Below are positions 25,901-39,100 of a stretch of 64,000 bases of DNA, in pieces. The stretch is from Raillietiella orientalis (lineage: Eukaryota). The stretch lies in NCBI GenBank assembly GCA_036172245.1, contig JAYWIR010000001.1, positions 1,302,001 to 1,366,000 of the forward strand. The letters are read 5' to 3'. Under the pieces are notes generated by a model. The model saw only the letters and a program-made list of their open reading frames with translations. It was not told where the DNA came from and did not search any database. Each line of letters opens with the position of its first letter. Within the stretch, counting starts at the first letter, position 1. A program made the position numbers and the translations under genes.

Positions 25901-27991
25901 CAGCGTTCACAGGACAGGCAATGGCTGGTCGCCGAGAATGAAACGTAACCACAGCGCCCTGAGCTGGTGGCCATGTGAGTTCGAATCTTTACTTGGAGGA
26001 TAGACGCCGACAAATGGAGGGTCGTCGTGGGTTTCCAGTCCGCCCCACAAGGTGACCCTAGTTGACATTGGTTGACATCCGGTCACGCCGGGGCGTTTAT
26101 TTCTAAACTTACATGTCTATAGCAGGACGTTTGATCCTGCTACGTTACTTATGGATACGAAAAGGAACCTGCCGGGAACTGGCACGCAGGCCAGCAGGGT
26201 GCGCCTCGGCAGCATAGGGGAAGGGGAGACAAACAAAAAGAAAAAAAAAACAAAACAAAAAATGAAATGAAAACATTAGAGAGGGGAGGTTTGGGAAGGG
26301 ATCACTGTGTGAGGGAGGGCGTCCTCTGCATCCTCGTAAGGATACCGGCAAGTTCCTGTTTTATGGTTCCCAGATGGGACCATCTTGACTCCATCCTCAT
26401 GAAGAAGACACCAAAGTAGATGGAGTCCCTGTCGTTCTGGCCTCCTCTTCTGTCGTTGCTCCCCTATGCAGCCACGGTCCCTCCGCGTGGGCAGCAAAGT
26501 GCTGCTGGGGATGCGGCCTGCGTAAGGGCGTCTCGCAGGAAGAGGCGCTTTACAACGTCTCTGGCGTTGCCGCCGGGGGTTCCAAGGGTCGTGGTCAAGC
26601 GTCCCCAAAGGGGCTGGAGGGCAACACAGTCCACTGCGAGGCTCGGGAAGAATTCCCGCTCCCCACACCTTGCACTGTTTGGATTCACATACACCACGGC
26701 CAGGTACTTCAAGTACCAGCCCGTGGGGATCCCCAGGCGGATCCAGTCCGGCCACTCTGCCCACGACGCACCAACGGGAACCACGCACGACTTCGCCTTG
26801 TTCACCACCAGACCCGTCCTACGACTGAACAGCTCGAAGAAATGGTCGAGTGCGCATCCTGGGTTGGATATGCGGAGTAGCAGTAGAAGATCGTCCGCGT
26901 CTGCTGAGACGGCAGGCGTACCGGGACATATGCGCGGGTGGAGACAGAGTCTCCCTGTATGCACTCAGCACAATTCGAAATAGGTGCTAAAGAGCAGGGG
27001 TCTCAGGCTGCCGTATACCGCGTCTCACTGGCACGCCATGCACCGTCTGCCCGCTGAAAGAGATGCTGATGAGCGCGTGGCGCCAGCTGGAGCACAGATA
27101 GGCCGACAATGAGGCCGGAAAGCCCAGGCGTTCCAGCAGCTCCAGAAGGAGCGCCTGGTCAACACAGTCGAATGCCTTGTGCAGGTCGACTGCGACCGCA
27201 AGGGCTCCCACTCCCACCCGACCTTCCCACCCCTGGCCGACGGACGCTCCGGAATTCCGGTTGCCCATCATCTCCTTTTCCTTCTGGGATGCGAACCAGG
27301 TGCTAGTGGAGAGCAGGTTGGCGTCCATGCTCCGCTCGGGAACTGCATACGACTGCTCCGGACTGATGAAGCTTTCTGCCACCGCCCCAGCTGCTCGGCC
27401 CACAGTTTCGGTAGCAACTTGATGTCCGCGTTGGCCACGGTAATCGGCCGCCAGTTGTTTATGCTCCTTAGGTCTCCTCCTTTGGGAAGGAGCTGTACCT
27501 TTGCTGAGCGAAACGAAGCGGGAACGTCGCCTGTTTCGCGTATCAGCAAGGTCAATTCGTGTACCGGGGGAGTCAGCTCTGCCGCGAAGCACTGGAAAAA
27601 CTCCGCAGGCAGGCCGTGCTCCCCTGGAGCCTTACGCCTCTTGAGCTTTCCGATGGCAGTGATGATCTCGCCCATCGCGAACGGCTCATCGAGGTTTCTT
27701 CTCTGCTCCTCTACGATCGCTGGAGAGCCTTCCGGAAGCAGAAATCGCGCGATGTCCCGCTCGGGAGGCGCTCTCGCGTACAGGAAGGAATAAAACTTTC
27801 GGATGATTCCTCTCACCTACGCGGGAGCCGAGAGTTCCCGGCCCTCGTCGTCCAGCAAGCTGGCCGATTCGGATTGCCAGGCTTGCCTCTCGGCTCCCTC
27901 TTTGAATTCTGCCAGCTTCCGGATGTTGGGTGTTCCGCTGTAACGGCGAGCGCATAGTTACGCCTTACGAACACTCTTTCCGAAGCCTGCA

Positions 27992-29393
27992 TGGCAGTGT
28001 TGGTCTCCTGATGCTGGAGTGGATGGAGATACAACTGCAATGGCGAACCATGGTCATCGCAGCGAAGTATTGGAGAACCCCTTGGTGAGTTCCCGCCCGT
28101 CTCCTCGCTCGCCGTGTCTCCGGAATGGAAGGGTTTGCGTCTCATCTTCTGTGCCGCGGCCGGAAGATCAGAAGACGAGCCCTCCTCCTCGGACGCATAG
28201 CCATCCTGGAGAACAGCTGGATGGTATGCAGCCCCGCCAACTTTAGCGCTTGGCTAGAAGAAACAGTTGATCCGTGGGCGAAGATCAACGAGGGAAGAAA
28301 CGAGACGTGGGACTGCCTGCGAGTCGGCACTTACGTCCGCTGCCCGCTGCGAAAGATACTCGAGTGTCATGCCAGGAGCAGGTGGGCAGAGGCGCCCCCT
28401 CTCGCTACGTCGATGCCCTTCCTAAGAAGGGTACTAGGCAGAAGCCGGACGCCGAGGTGGCAGGTCTTCTGCGGATCGCAGGCAGAGAGAAGTTGATGGG
28501 CGGTTGGACTATAGGACAGCTGGCGGACGCCACGACCTCTACGCCCTTCCGCGAGGATTGAAGCGATGGGGTGAGCTGCTCGGCACCCCTAAGATAACCT
28601 GAATTGGCCCCCAGTGTTGAAAGATCCAAGCACCCTCCCTCTGAAGTGGCAGGAGTCGGCGCTTCTGATGTTGCACTGGGGTCTCCCATGCAACGCCCGC
28701 CGTCACCACTGGACGCAGGGGGGTGTCGACCCGCCACGCGAAAATTCCCTGTATTTTTATTTGGAAAAATAAATGCTTCGGCATATCCGGGTGTAAAGGG
28801 GTGTCGACCCCAATTGTGTTACGTGCGAGGAGCGAGAATCCCTCCCACACCTGTTAGTGGACTGTGTTGCCCTCCGGTCCCTATGGGAACGTTTTGCCGC
28901 GGCCCTGGGAACTCCCTGTGCAAGCCCAGGGATGCTCTTCGTCCGAGACGCTCTCCCACCAGCGGCCTTGCTTGCAGCCCTGTGCTGCCTACGCGGGGTT
29001 GTCGCTGCATGGAAGGACCGATGGGAGGACCCAGCGATAAGGATGCCAGCGAATACGCCGTCCATTTCCTGAGGATGGCGACATGATGGCCCCACCTGGA
29101 ATCCAATATTCAGGAAGAGCTTACCAGCATCCTCCAGAGGATGTGATGGACCCACCCAGTAGACTGTGATCCCTTCCCGCGCCCTCCCCAGTTCTTTTAT
29201 TTATTTTTGATTTTTGTTTTTCTTTTTGTGTATACCCCCTCCCCTCTGATGCTGGGGTGGACCGCACCAGTCTGCGAACCGGTGATCCGGCAGGTTTTGA
29301 TCATCCAGCGCATGGCTGGATTACTGGTCCAGCCACAGATTCTGTAAAAGTTTTATTCGAGAGAATAAACGCCCCGGCGCATCCGGGTGAGAA
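27992..29393 (+). mobile_element. Family-1 LINE 3' fragment nested antisense in the 26062-30540 copy
   Basis: Post-RT region homologous to 19290-20660 and 45033-46110. Terminus AATAAACGCCCCGGCGCATCCGGGTGAGAA. Weak candidate TSD 27979-27991 / 29394-29406 (9/13 match). Confidence 0.88.
28733..28797 (+). mobile_element. 65-bp LINE 3'-terminal micro-insertion with a perfect TSD
   Basis: GGGGTGTCGACCC at 28720-28732 and 28798-28810 flank ...AATAAATGCTTCGGCATATCCGGGTGTAAA. Confidence 0.9.
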
Positions 29394-30544
29394 TCGAGAG
29401 TCTGCAACCTGAAACCTTGTAAGAACGTGCGGAGCTGTTCCGCGGCTCCCGGAGGTTCATCCAGTCCCTCGGGAGACGCCACTCATAGGAGGGGGGACTC
29501 CTGTCGCGCGGATGGACCTCGAGTACGATCTGGGAATGGTCTGATAGTCTCGACGGTATCTTGCCTCGCCTGCCCACACGGGAGCACAGGCACTGGTCAA
29601 GGAAAACATAGTTGATACTGGTCTCCATTCCCGGTTCCCCGGCCAACTAGTTGCGGCTGTGCATCGCCGCGCACACCTCGTTGACCGGTATCGTTCTGTG
29701 TCCGGCTCATCTGGCACCAGGCGTACATTAAAGTCATCTGCCACCAGATGAGCTTTGCACCCGCCGTTTCAGCCAGCCATTCGCACTTCAGGACCTGGAA
29801 GCATGTTCTTCTCGTCCGCGCACGGGTGCCACTCGGAGCGTACAGGCTGGTGACGATCAGGTTGATGGAGTCGGACCACCTAAGGGTCAGCTGCCCCACT
29901 CGACCCGCATCGTTGACCTGCACGTCCCGGGCGGCAGCTGCAACAGCTGGCTGAAGCAGGTAAGCGACCCCGCTGAACTGCGAGGTGCCTTATCGCCATA
30001 GCAGCGCTTTCCCGAGATTCGTTCGATCTCCTGCGCTTGTTCTGTGGAGATGATGTGTATCTCCTGCAGCAGCACAAGGTCGAAGGACGGTAGGGCAGCA
30101 GCTGTGTCCCGTCTCTTGCCGTCGTTGCATAGCCCATTGACGTTCCAACAGGCGACAGATCCGTAGATGACGGCGAGAGGCGATTCCTGGCACTACTGCT
30201 GGGAAAGTGGCGTGTCGGACCCCGCCATCATCTGAGCCGACGGCAGGTTTTCGGGGACAGCGGGCATCTGAGACACCTGGATGGCCTCCACCCCATCCAT
30301 CTCCTCCGTGTCGGGCGTGGGACGTTCTTGGGCGACGAGTCCTGAGTGCCCACGCTCATCGCACCCTCGCTGCCGGAGGCGAACTCCCCCCCTTCGACGG
30401 GGGAGATGTGCCTCCGACTAGTTTTGGATTGGCATGCAGACTTCCGGCGAAGTGCTTCTGCGGCGGAAGATGTTTTTCCGGTTTCTACGTCGGAGTCCGA
30501 GGTCTCGGACCCCTTCGTAGAGGACGGACGCCTCAAGCCCTATT

Positions 30545-31067
30545 TCGGGATCCCGGGGTGCGGTACTGGTGGCACTGGTGAAAACCGGATGTCTCCGTTG
30601 ACCGACCGGGATTGGAAGTTGACCCTTCAAGGTCCTTCCAGGAATTGAAAAGTCCTTCCGGGTTCCTCTCCGGTTGTGAAAATGAAGCCGGTTGACACCT
30701 CCTCGGGGGTCGCCTCCTCAGAGTGCAAGAAGTGCGCGGCTCCCTTCGAGGTTCTGCTCGGAGAAAGAAACAAGGAGCGGTTCCCTTGAGGGTTCCTTCC
30801 AGAGACAACCAGTAGTTCCCCGACCAAACGTAGGAGGAACGGACTCCTTCCTGGATTCATAGGGTGGTCCCTCTGGGGTCATCCCCCATAACTCGAAGAG
30901 TCACACGCACCATTGAGCGGTGTGGACAAGTTTTTAAAGAGATCCATGATCCCACCCTCATTCCTCTCTAACCTTCTTAACCATCCCTTTTCTAACTCTG
31001 AGAACCGTCTACCCCCTCCCTAGGGAGGCGGACGATTCTTCAGCACTTGGCAGACCAAAAAAAAAAA
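30545..31067 (+). mobile_element. SINE copy, 5'-truncated
   Basis: Body motifs GGCACTGGTG...GACCGGGATTGGAAG, hairpin units, and 3' end TTCTTCAGCACTTGGCAGACC followed by A11. Confidence 0.82.
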
Positions 31068-31099
31068 GATAGAACTGACTCCTTCTTCCATGTGGTGGC

Positions 31100-33030
31100 T
31101 GATCTTCAGACCGAGTTTCGTTAAAACTGCCCTTCGACCTCTGTCTTCTTTCTGTGTCAAGACGCTAGGTCTTCTCCGTTGTTGGCAGTCCTTCATGTGA
31201 GCGATTCCTTTTTCCGTCTTCAGAATGCTGCGGTCGTCATCGCTTGCATTGGCTGGACAGTCAGAAAGCTGCTAGCTGCTCATCCCGAAAAATCCGTTTG
31301 CTTGCTGCTCGATGTCATCGATCGGTAAACAGAGTGCCTATCCTTTGCTTGGTTTCCAGCTTTACTGCTTTCACTTTTTTTTACCGAAATTTACCTCTGT
31401 CTCCGTGGAAATCGAATCTAATTGCACATGCCTTCTTTTGTTCGAGGCGTTTTCGGCTTGGATATATTTGTGACCTTATAAGTGACAACCACGTTTGACG
31501 CATGCTCGAAGACTATATACCGCGTTTCCAGGATCTGCATCTGTTCTCAAGATCAGGATTCTTCCAAGGTCGCTTGGCAACGGCAGCGAATCTTTCCGTT
31601 CGGCATGGTACAGATTCTTCTCCTGGAGGGAGGAACGAACTCTCATAAAGGGTACTTCAGCGTTGTTGTCTTCGAGTGCCAAATGGACAATGCTGCGAGT
31701 CTGCAGCAAAAGTCATGGATCTGACCGGTTGTAGGCAAGATGATTATTCAGAAAGATCTCTGAGAACCGGAGGCTTCCAAGCCTTCCGGTGACTCGCCAC
31801 CACCCTCGTAGCCAGTGTGCTGCTGCATTCTGATCTTCCTTCGCTTTTTTACCACGAGCGCGAAGAGGTCATTCAAAGGAAAACCAGTCTTGCGCTATCG
31901 GATGTCCGTAATGCTTCGAAGCGTGGGCGGATCACTTGATTTTTTTTCTTCAAGATGACCGCCTTTTCTTTTCGACGTATCCACGGATCCTCCAATGCCA
32001 TGATGCGGTCGTGGAACAACTCTCGTGGTTGGCCGTGCAAGCCGAAATCGCCCTGCACCATCTTGTGAGGGTGGTCACGATTGGTTTCCGTCGAACTGGA
32101 CGAAGACTCGTAGCTGCAACCTCCTGGGGCACCTCACTCACCGCAGAATTCTAGCGTCCCTCGAAGTCTGGAAAGTCGTGGAGTCGGATGGCAGCGGTGC
32201 GATTCGTCAAAAGACGTGAATCCTCCACCCTGCCGATTTGTGCAACCCTGCTTGTACTGCAGAGTGACACGGGTCAGCCGTTTCGTACACTTATTAGCAG
32301 AGTGCCGTACCAGTCTGTGGCGAGTCCCTCCTCACGGCGAAGAGCAACAGAAAGGATGCAAAGAGACACCGTTTTCTCAAGGTTCAGCATTTATTCTTCA
32401 GCAACTCGCCGAAGAGGGGGTCCTGGTTCCAGAATGCTACATAAATCCATACCGAATCACCTGAAAGAATGACGTAAGTGCGATGTGCGAGTGTGGACGA
32501 AGACGGGATGCACGAGGCGGGAAGGCGCGCCGATGAACCTGCAATTGCACGGCAGCATGGCAAAGCAGGGGACTAGTTGGAAGGGCCTGGATCTACCAGA
32601 CCCTTCTCCCAAGTCGATCGGAACTTACGGAAGCATAGGTCCTGCTCCGTCTTTTTCCCTTCGAATGGATGCAAAGTGCCCTCCGAAGAGAAGGAAACGA
32701 AAGTGTTGCGTGCGTTCCCACTGGATGTGCGAGCGTGGTGTATGCAGTAACAAAATTCGTTGGTGCACGCGGAATTTCACATGGACTGGTAAGTCGCAAG
32801 GAATGTTTCTTTTGTCCTTACTCGCGAACCGTTGTGCGCAGGCGATTCGGCAGAACTCGGTCATTTTCTTGCAAGATGGTGTGAACGACCAACGCGTTGC
32901 AGCACCGGTCCCTGGTTGTGCAGCACAGCAGCTCTGGCCTTGGTGATTCTGTGCTCGGTACGCATCGATCCCAAGAGATTTCGTTTCGTTCTTCTGCCGA
33001 GCGCACTCGTCATCCCATTCGATCTGGAAG
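31100..33030 (+). CDS. Putative intron-rich gene segment (may continue the 21650-25480 gene)
   Basis: Series of short GT...AG units (GTAAGT at 32474 and 32789; CAG/AAG ends) separating short open segments. Not assembled. Confidence 0.35.
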
Positions 33031-33041
33031 AAGGTCGGACG

Positions 33042-34900
33042 TTCTCATGCAAAGGGCTGCGACGCTTATTTAAAAAAAATAAACCATAATTCAGAGGGAA
33101 ACACTTGTTTCCTAAATACCAGAGATGTCAGGAAAAAAAGAAGTCCATTGGGATGACCATCGGCATGCAGGCTGGTTCCTAAGGAAGTAGGGAATGGAGA
33201 GAGGGGACAATAAATTTAAAAAAAGGACGGGAAAGTAGGGACAGCGTTCCCTGGTTTCATTCGTCCTTCTCTTTTTAGAAGCGGCTGTGTATGGTGGTGA
33301 TCACGCGGATGACCTTTTCTGGAAGATGAGGCCATCTTGAAGCTGTTTTCATGAAGACGGCTGCCATGCTTGTGGCCTCCCTTCTCTGCGAACGAGAAGT
33401 GAGAACGAGACCCCATAACAGCGGGCTGTCATTATGGTGCGGATGCAGAATCTCGTTACGATCACGGCGCCTCGCGTGCAGAAACACCGCAGCGGTATCT
33501 TCCCGTTCACGGAGCGCCGAAGAGAGTCGCTACATGCCCTCGAGGACACTGTAGTCCAACAGAAGGTGCGGAAACGATCCCATTTCTCAGCACCTGGAAC
33601 ACTTCGGGGAGGCAACTCACCAGGAAGCCACGTAGCTGCGCTGGTTGCACCGTAATCCCTTCAGTGCAGAAAGAGAAGGACATCCCGCCTCCAGAGGAGC
33701 GGGAACACTGAGGTGTCCGCACGCACAAAGAAGGGACCTCGAGTTCTTCGGGGGGCACGCCAAGCAGGTCGTTCCACCGAGGGAGTCACTTCGCCCGCGA
33801 ACGAGGAGTGGCGCCGTCCACCACCAACTTGCTCGTCTTGCAGCCGCCCAGGAGTCTCTCGACTCCTGCGATGGTGCAGGACAACTTCAATCCATGGTTG
33901 ACTGCTGTCATCGTTTGCCCTGAGGAAAGGCAGTATTGCGGAAAGGAGTGTGACAGCTATCCGAGATCACTGCGTCTAATCCTGCAGGATTTCTATCAGC
34001 GGCTTGCACGGGAGTTTCCGCAGCGGACGCCGTTCCTCTGGCTCACTTCCAAAGTAGCAACCCAGAATTCCAGCGCCTCCTGCCGCCTTCAGCAGTTCCA
34101 GTTTTGGCGGCAGCAGCAGGTCCACGCCTGAGCTACCAGAAGTGAGGAGGACAGATGCCTCAGGGGGCACTCACATCCACTCACCCTGTGACGCTTACGC
34201 CTCAGCAGCGAAAGAAGTCCCGCACTGTCGGCGCATCTCCAGAGGGTAGGCCGTACTGGAACGCACCAAACACAGGTCCACAATTTGGCACAAAGTGCCC
34301 AAAGGAGAAACTGCATCTGTGGTACGATCTTGTCGATGGTCAGGATGCTCAAGCCGCCATCCTGGAGCGGCGCCACCAAGTCTTTGAGTCGGATCCTGCG
34401 CCTTGCACAAGGAGGCGCTGCGCCCTGATCTTCGCCGAATAAGGGGGGGGACAAACAAAAACAAATGGCAGGCAGTCTCCCAGATGGTGTCGACGAAGAA
34501 GATAGGTATTCCAGATGACGGCAACAAAGGACATCCAAGGTGTCACAGATGGTGGGCCGCTCCGTCAAGACGAACTTGCTGTCGAGGAAGGGGCCGAGAG
34601 CAATCTCCTCCTTCTTAGTGCAGGCTGACCACGCTTCTGCACAGCAAAAGTTACCTAACGGTTCGTCAAGGTACTTGAAGTATTTGCCCATGGGGATCCC
34701 TATGGGGATCCGGTAAGCCTGCCCCTCCCACGATGCACTCACCGGTACGATTGTGCACTTCGTCCTGTTGATGCTTATGCCCACATCCCGACGGATCAGC
34801 TCGATGTCCTTCAAACTTCAACTAGCTGCTGGAATGGACATGAGCAGCAGGAGAAGCAGGTCGTTCGCATAGGATGCCGCGGATGACTGTACGGGCAGGG
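33042..34900 (-). mobile_element. 5'-truncated LINE: RT C-terminus to 3' end
   Basis: SYANDLLLL, INRTKC, YFKYL, RIRLKDLVAPLQDGGLSIL, zinc knuckle, and AATAAGCG near 33065. Confidence 0.9.
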
Positions 34901-37099
34901 TCTGGGAAAGAAGGTCGGAGGAAACGCTTCTGAGGATTTCCGACGTGCGATTCATTGAAATCACCGTCCCTGCACCCTCTTGGTGCTCATACCTTCCCTG
35001 CATTGAAAACCTTCGTTGTCTTTGGCCATCAACTAAAAGACATGCCTGTACCACGGGAAGATTTACTATATTTAACTATTAACAGGAAAGAGATTTGATA
35101 AACAAGGTCGCTACAGCCATCAGGAGTAGAGCTGAGACTAGCCTGCAATTCAAGCGATCTTCTGAGCCGTGCCCATGGTCTCCAAGAGGGTGAGCATGTT
35201 ATGAACGACCAAAGTTTGAGGCAGAAGAGACTTTTCTGCAAAGGGAAAGACGTGTCAGGAGAGATATATGACTCCAAACGCTGAGGGTGGATCAGTTCCG
35301 AGATTGGCTCTCGGCCAGCAGTGAGTCGCTATTTCAAAGAAGGAAACCTTTCCGACAAAGCGCGTCTTCTTCCGTGCGATGCTTCAGACCACCTACCCAA
35401 CTCGCATGCAAGCGTTCAGGACACTTTACTCCCCCAAAATCCAAAATTCTTTAGAAGTCAGAAGTCCATAGTTAAAACCTCTGTGGCTACATCTAAGACA
35501 TTTTTTTTTTCAGCTGATAACATGGAAGTTGTCAATGAGAAAAACAAAATGTGACACTTTCTTAAGACCTCAGCACATGCAGAAGGCAGCACAGCGCTTC
35601 CCAGCTGATTAAGGAACTCGTGAAAATTAATAGAGTTCTGGATCGCAGCATCATGCAGCTGAGAGGGATGGGATTTCTTAAAATGGTGAAGGCGACGCTG
35701 AATCGAATTTAGAAAAAAAAAAGAAAAGCTGTTGCCTTTGTGGGAGCTTGAAATTTTCCATCTCCACCTGTGTAATGGGGAAGTCGTTGAGGAAATTGGA
35801 TCTCCAGCTAAGGGTGAGCAGGAAACTGCAATGACAATGCCGCTAGGAGACCCAAGCGTTATGAGTTAAGTGTTGAGGGAAAACATGGAGGAACCACAGG
35901 ATGCCTGGAAGTTCGTTCTACAAGAAAGCGCCAAAGCGTGCAACAGAAGGAGAAGAAGAAGCGTGCAAGCATTCCGTGCTACGAAAACGCACAGTCATTG
36001 CATCGCAAAGTTATATTTGGTAAGATATTTTGACAAGAAAAATGCAAAAGAGGAGTTGTCGTCTTCATTTGTTCGGTCTTACCCCAGGAACGGGTCAAGC
36101 AGCATAGCTCGGAACGAGTTTTTCACCGAAGGAGAATCAATCAAAACTCATCAGGCAGTTTTCTAAGGTTGCTGAAGAATCCCAGTAGAGTTTTTAGCCA
36201 AGGAGCGGTAAGGCTAAGGGCGGTTTCTCGAAGCGGCCCCCGCTGGAGGTTTCATCCAACATCCCTCTTGTCAAAGCAGCGCCTTCTGCATAGAAGGGCG
36301 TTCGATTTGAATTCGGTCCGAATTCCTTCCGACGCTTATCGACACTGCCAGTTTATCTTAAGATGGTGTTTCATCATCATCAGTTGTCCAGACAGTGTTT
36401 CTCAGCATCACCAGTGTATCATGTCATTGCCGCCGTTCGGTTCTTGTTTGCTCATACACGGGTGGGGTCTGAACTTCTGCTAATGGAGTGAGCTCCCTTT
36501 TTCGATTTCCCTCCATCGTCCCAAAACGCATCCCCACTCAGGAGGAAGACTTCTTGAAATGCACACGTTGGCTCGGCAGTCCCTTGCGCAGTCCCATGTG
36601 AATCATCCAGAAGTCTCCTTCATCTTGTCATGCCTATTGCGAGAGCTTAAGGTCGCATCCGTTTCTCTGCTGGATGTCCGCGTTTTATCCCAGAGGACAC
36701 CACGTTGAGTCTGATGCTTCGGGGAAATCCATGGACGACGTCCAAATGAAAATCTCAGCCCGCCTCTTCTCGGGAAATGGGTGGACTCAGGCTCCATCAC
36801 AAAGACAGCATCGCTTTTAAGAAACAAGAAGGACGTTTCGCTTGCAGGGCTGAGGAGCAAATTGAGCTGAGCACTTTTGCTTTCCAAAAGCGAGGAGCAA
36901 ATCCAAGTCACACGAAGGAAAACAGCCGAGCATAGGCTGTCCTCTCCCGACTGTTGGGATTTTGAGAGGCGAAATCGGATGTTTGGGATTTAAAAAGTGG
37001 CGTCAGGTAGGATCCACGGAATATCATCATTATTTAGATATGTGCAGGAATGGGGATAACCAGTGGCAACAAGAAAGGAAAATTCGAAGAAACTGCCCT

Positions 37100-39100
37100 T
37101 CAGGCAGGGAAGTAAACATGGCGGCACACGAGTTTCTCAGCAACAGTTTTGCGGGTCGGTTGCTGTGATAATTCGGACGCGAATGGGGAATAAAAAAATA
37201 AATAAATAAGAGGAATGAAAGGTTGAATATTTTCATTCTTCAGCCTGCTTTTATCCGAGGGATTTTCACTTCGACCTCATTGGCCATGCGATCGCCATAT
37301 CCCCACTCTTCACGCTGATGTTCTCGCATAGGGCAGGTTCATTAAGATAAGGGTTTGCTTTTCGGATCGTGATGTACGTGGAAGAGATCTTAGATCCTTT
37401 CCGCTCACGCAGGCATGAGCTGTACAGCAGCCCTGTGTACAAAAATCTCCCCGTTGTCTTCCTCCCTCTGAAGAAGAGAAGTTTCATCGCCGAGAAGCAC
37501 TTGAGTTCATCTCGAAGCGAAGACCTGTCCCCTTCGAGAGATAGAGAACACAGAACAGCCACCCTTAATGACTCACTGCAACTACAGACCCAAAACTGTT
37601 TAGCAGCAGAGACTGTTGGTTTCAGTAGGACGGTCCCTTTTTCGCGCGCAACATACGAAAGCTCGAAGAGAAAGTCAGAGATCAGTTGGTTCATTTCTTC
37701 GCATGAATAATAGGCGATGAATACTCGAAGGCAGGTGCATTCCAAAATAATTAAGAAGTCATGGGGAGGAGGTGGAGGAGGAAAAAGGCAAACCGAGATG
37801 AAATTCTCCTCGCTCCAAATTCATCCAATTTCGTCTCTAATCCGGGGGCGTACGAGTGAAGTGAATTCGACTGCCGAAGGCGAATTTCGCGTTGGCACCA
37901 CCATGTACAATTAGAGGCAATGGAATAATCCTTTAGGTGCTTACAAGAAAAGCAATCATGGCAGAACTCACTGGTATCATAGAGGTGGTTGAAAACCTCC
38001 CAAAAAACTGCCAAGTTGCCAAGGATATTCAGGGTAAGTAGTGGGATAGGCAGCAAGTGAAAAAAATAGGTCATACTTAAGACATTTAAAGGGCAAACAA
38101 TTCGTTCCATCTACGGTAGCCGAGCTTGAACCATGGAAACCAAAGCCACCTGATCTCGCAGTAGAAACGCAGCAAATCTTCCGGAAAACTTTGATCCATC
38201 CTGGATGTCCACACGGCTTCCATGCTTTTCCGCGTTGGAGGCCGTGAGTCAGATGCCCCCGCGGGCATCATGGACAGTGTTAGAAAAGTTCTCGCACTTT
38301 CCGAAGGAAGGAATGCAGTTTGCTCTGGAAGTCTCTCGTTCTTTCATTTCTTGGAAATGACGGATCGATGCCACTGGCAGATGTCACAACTGGTTCTCAG
38401 CAATCAGTCAGAATAAAACCTCCCACCCCAGACTCAAGAGAATGCAGCCAAACAGAACGGAACTCGCTCGGTTTGGCAGCAAGCAGGAAGGACCAGAATC
38501 CAGCTAAAAATAGCTGGACACTCAAACAGCGGGTGCCACGATGAGTCTTCGCGGGGGGGTGTTTGGACGACCTCACCTTTGCCTCGCGAGAAACAGGGTT
38601 GAACGTCGAAGTGTCGCAAGCAGCAACAGGAATGGAAAACTGGAATCCCGAAACAAGCGCACCAGCAATGGTTAAAGTAGGGACCGGAATGCTGCCTCGG
38701 AAAGGGACTGACTCTCAAGAACACTTTAATATTTGCAGAAGTCTGTCCTCCTTTTTTTTTTTTTTTTTGCAGGAAAAAATCGATTCCCTCTACATCATAA
38801 CCCAGATCTGAAACTACCTCGGGACTTCTAAGGATACAGAACGTGGTGATACTGAGGAATCTTCAGAGGAAGAAGTTGATGTAGAAAGACAGAGTCCCCA
38901 CTGATAGCATCGAAACCAGGATGAAAGCGGTACTTTGTATCCAAGAGCTTCCTTAAAGAATTCGACGTCCCCCAAGAGAGACGTGCAGGACCTTCAGGGT
39001 CTTTTTCAATGGAAAATTTCACGCGCGGGACCAGCCGCAGTTTCAGCATGTTGAAGTATCGCAAGCAGCTCCAAAAGGCGAAGTATAGCCGACCTCTGTA
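37100..39100 (-). pseudogene. Possible very old LINE remnant
   Basis: Ordered weak motif echoes (LLELL, FDAISG, SDLG, RGGI) and a T-rich tract near 37190-37210. No intact catalytic motif. Confidence 0.25.

Larger units (their letters stand above)
26062..30540 (-). mobile_element. Most complete family-1 LINE: ORF1 end, APE endonuclease, RT, zinc knuckle, 3' UTR; frameshifted, internally deleted, interrupted at 27992-29393
   Basis: EN: CWNVNGL, LLQEIH, SLYAPS, DDFN, SINYVF, LSDH (29400-30170). RT: KFYSFLY, RKAPGEHGLPAEFF, LLPKGGD, NWRPIT, DLHKAFD, RRGIRQ, ADADDLLL, LKYL. Then CGEREFFPSLAVDC and terminus AATAAACGCCCCGGCGTGACCGG. Confidence 0.95.
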
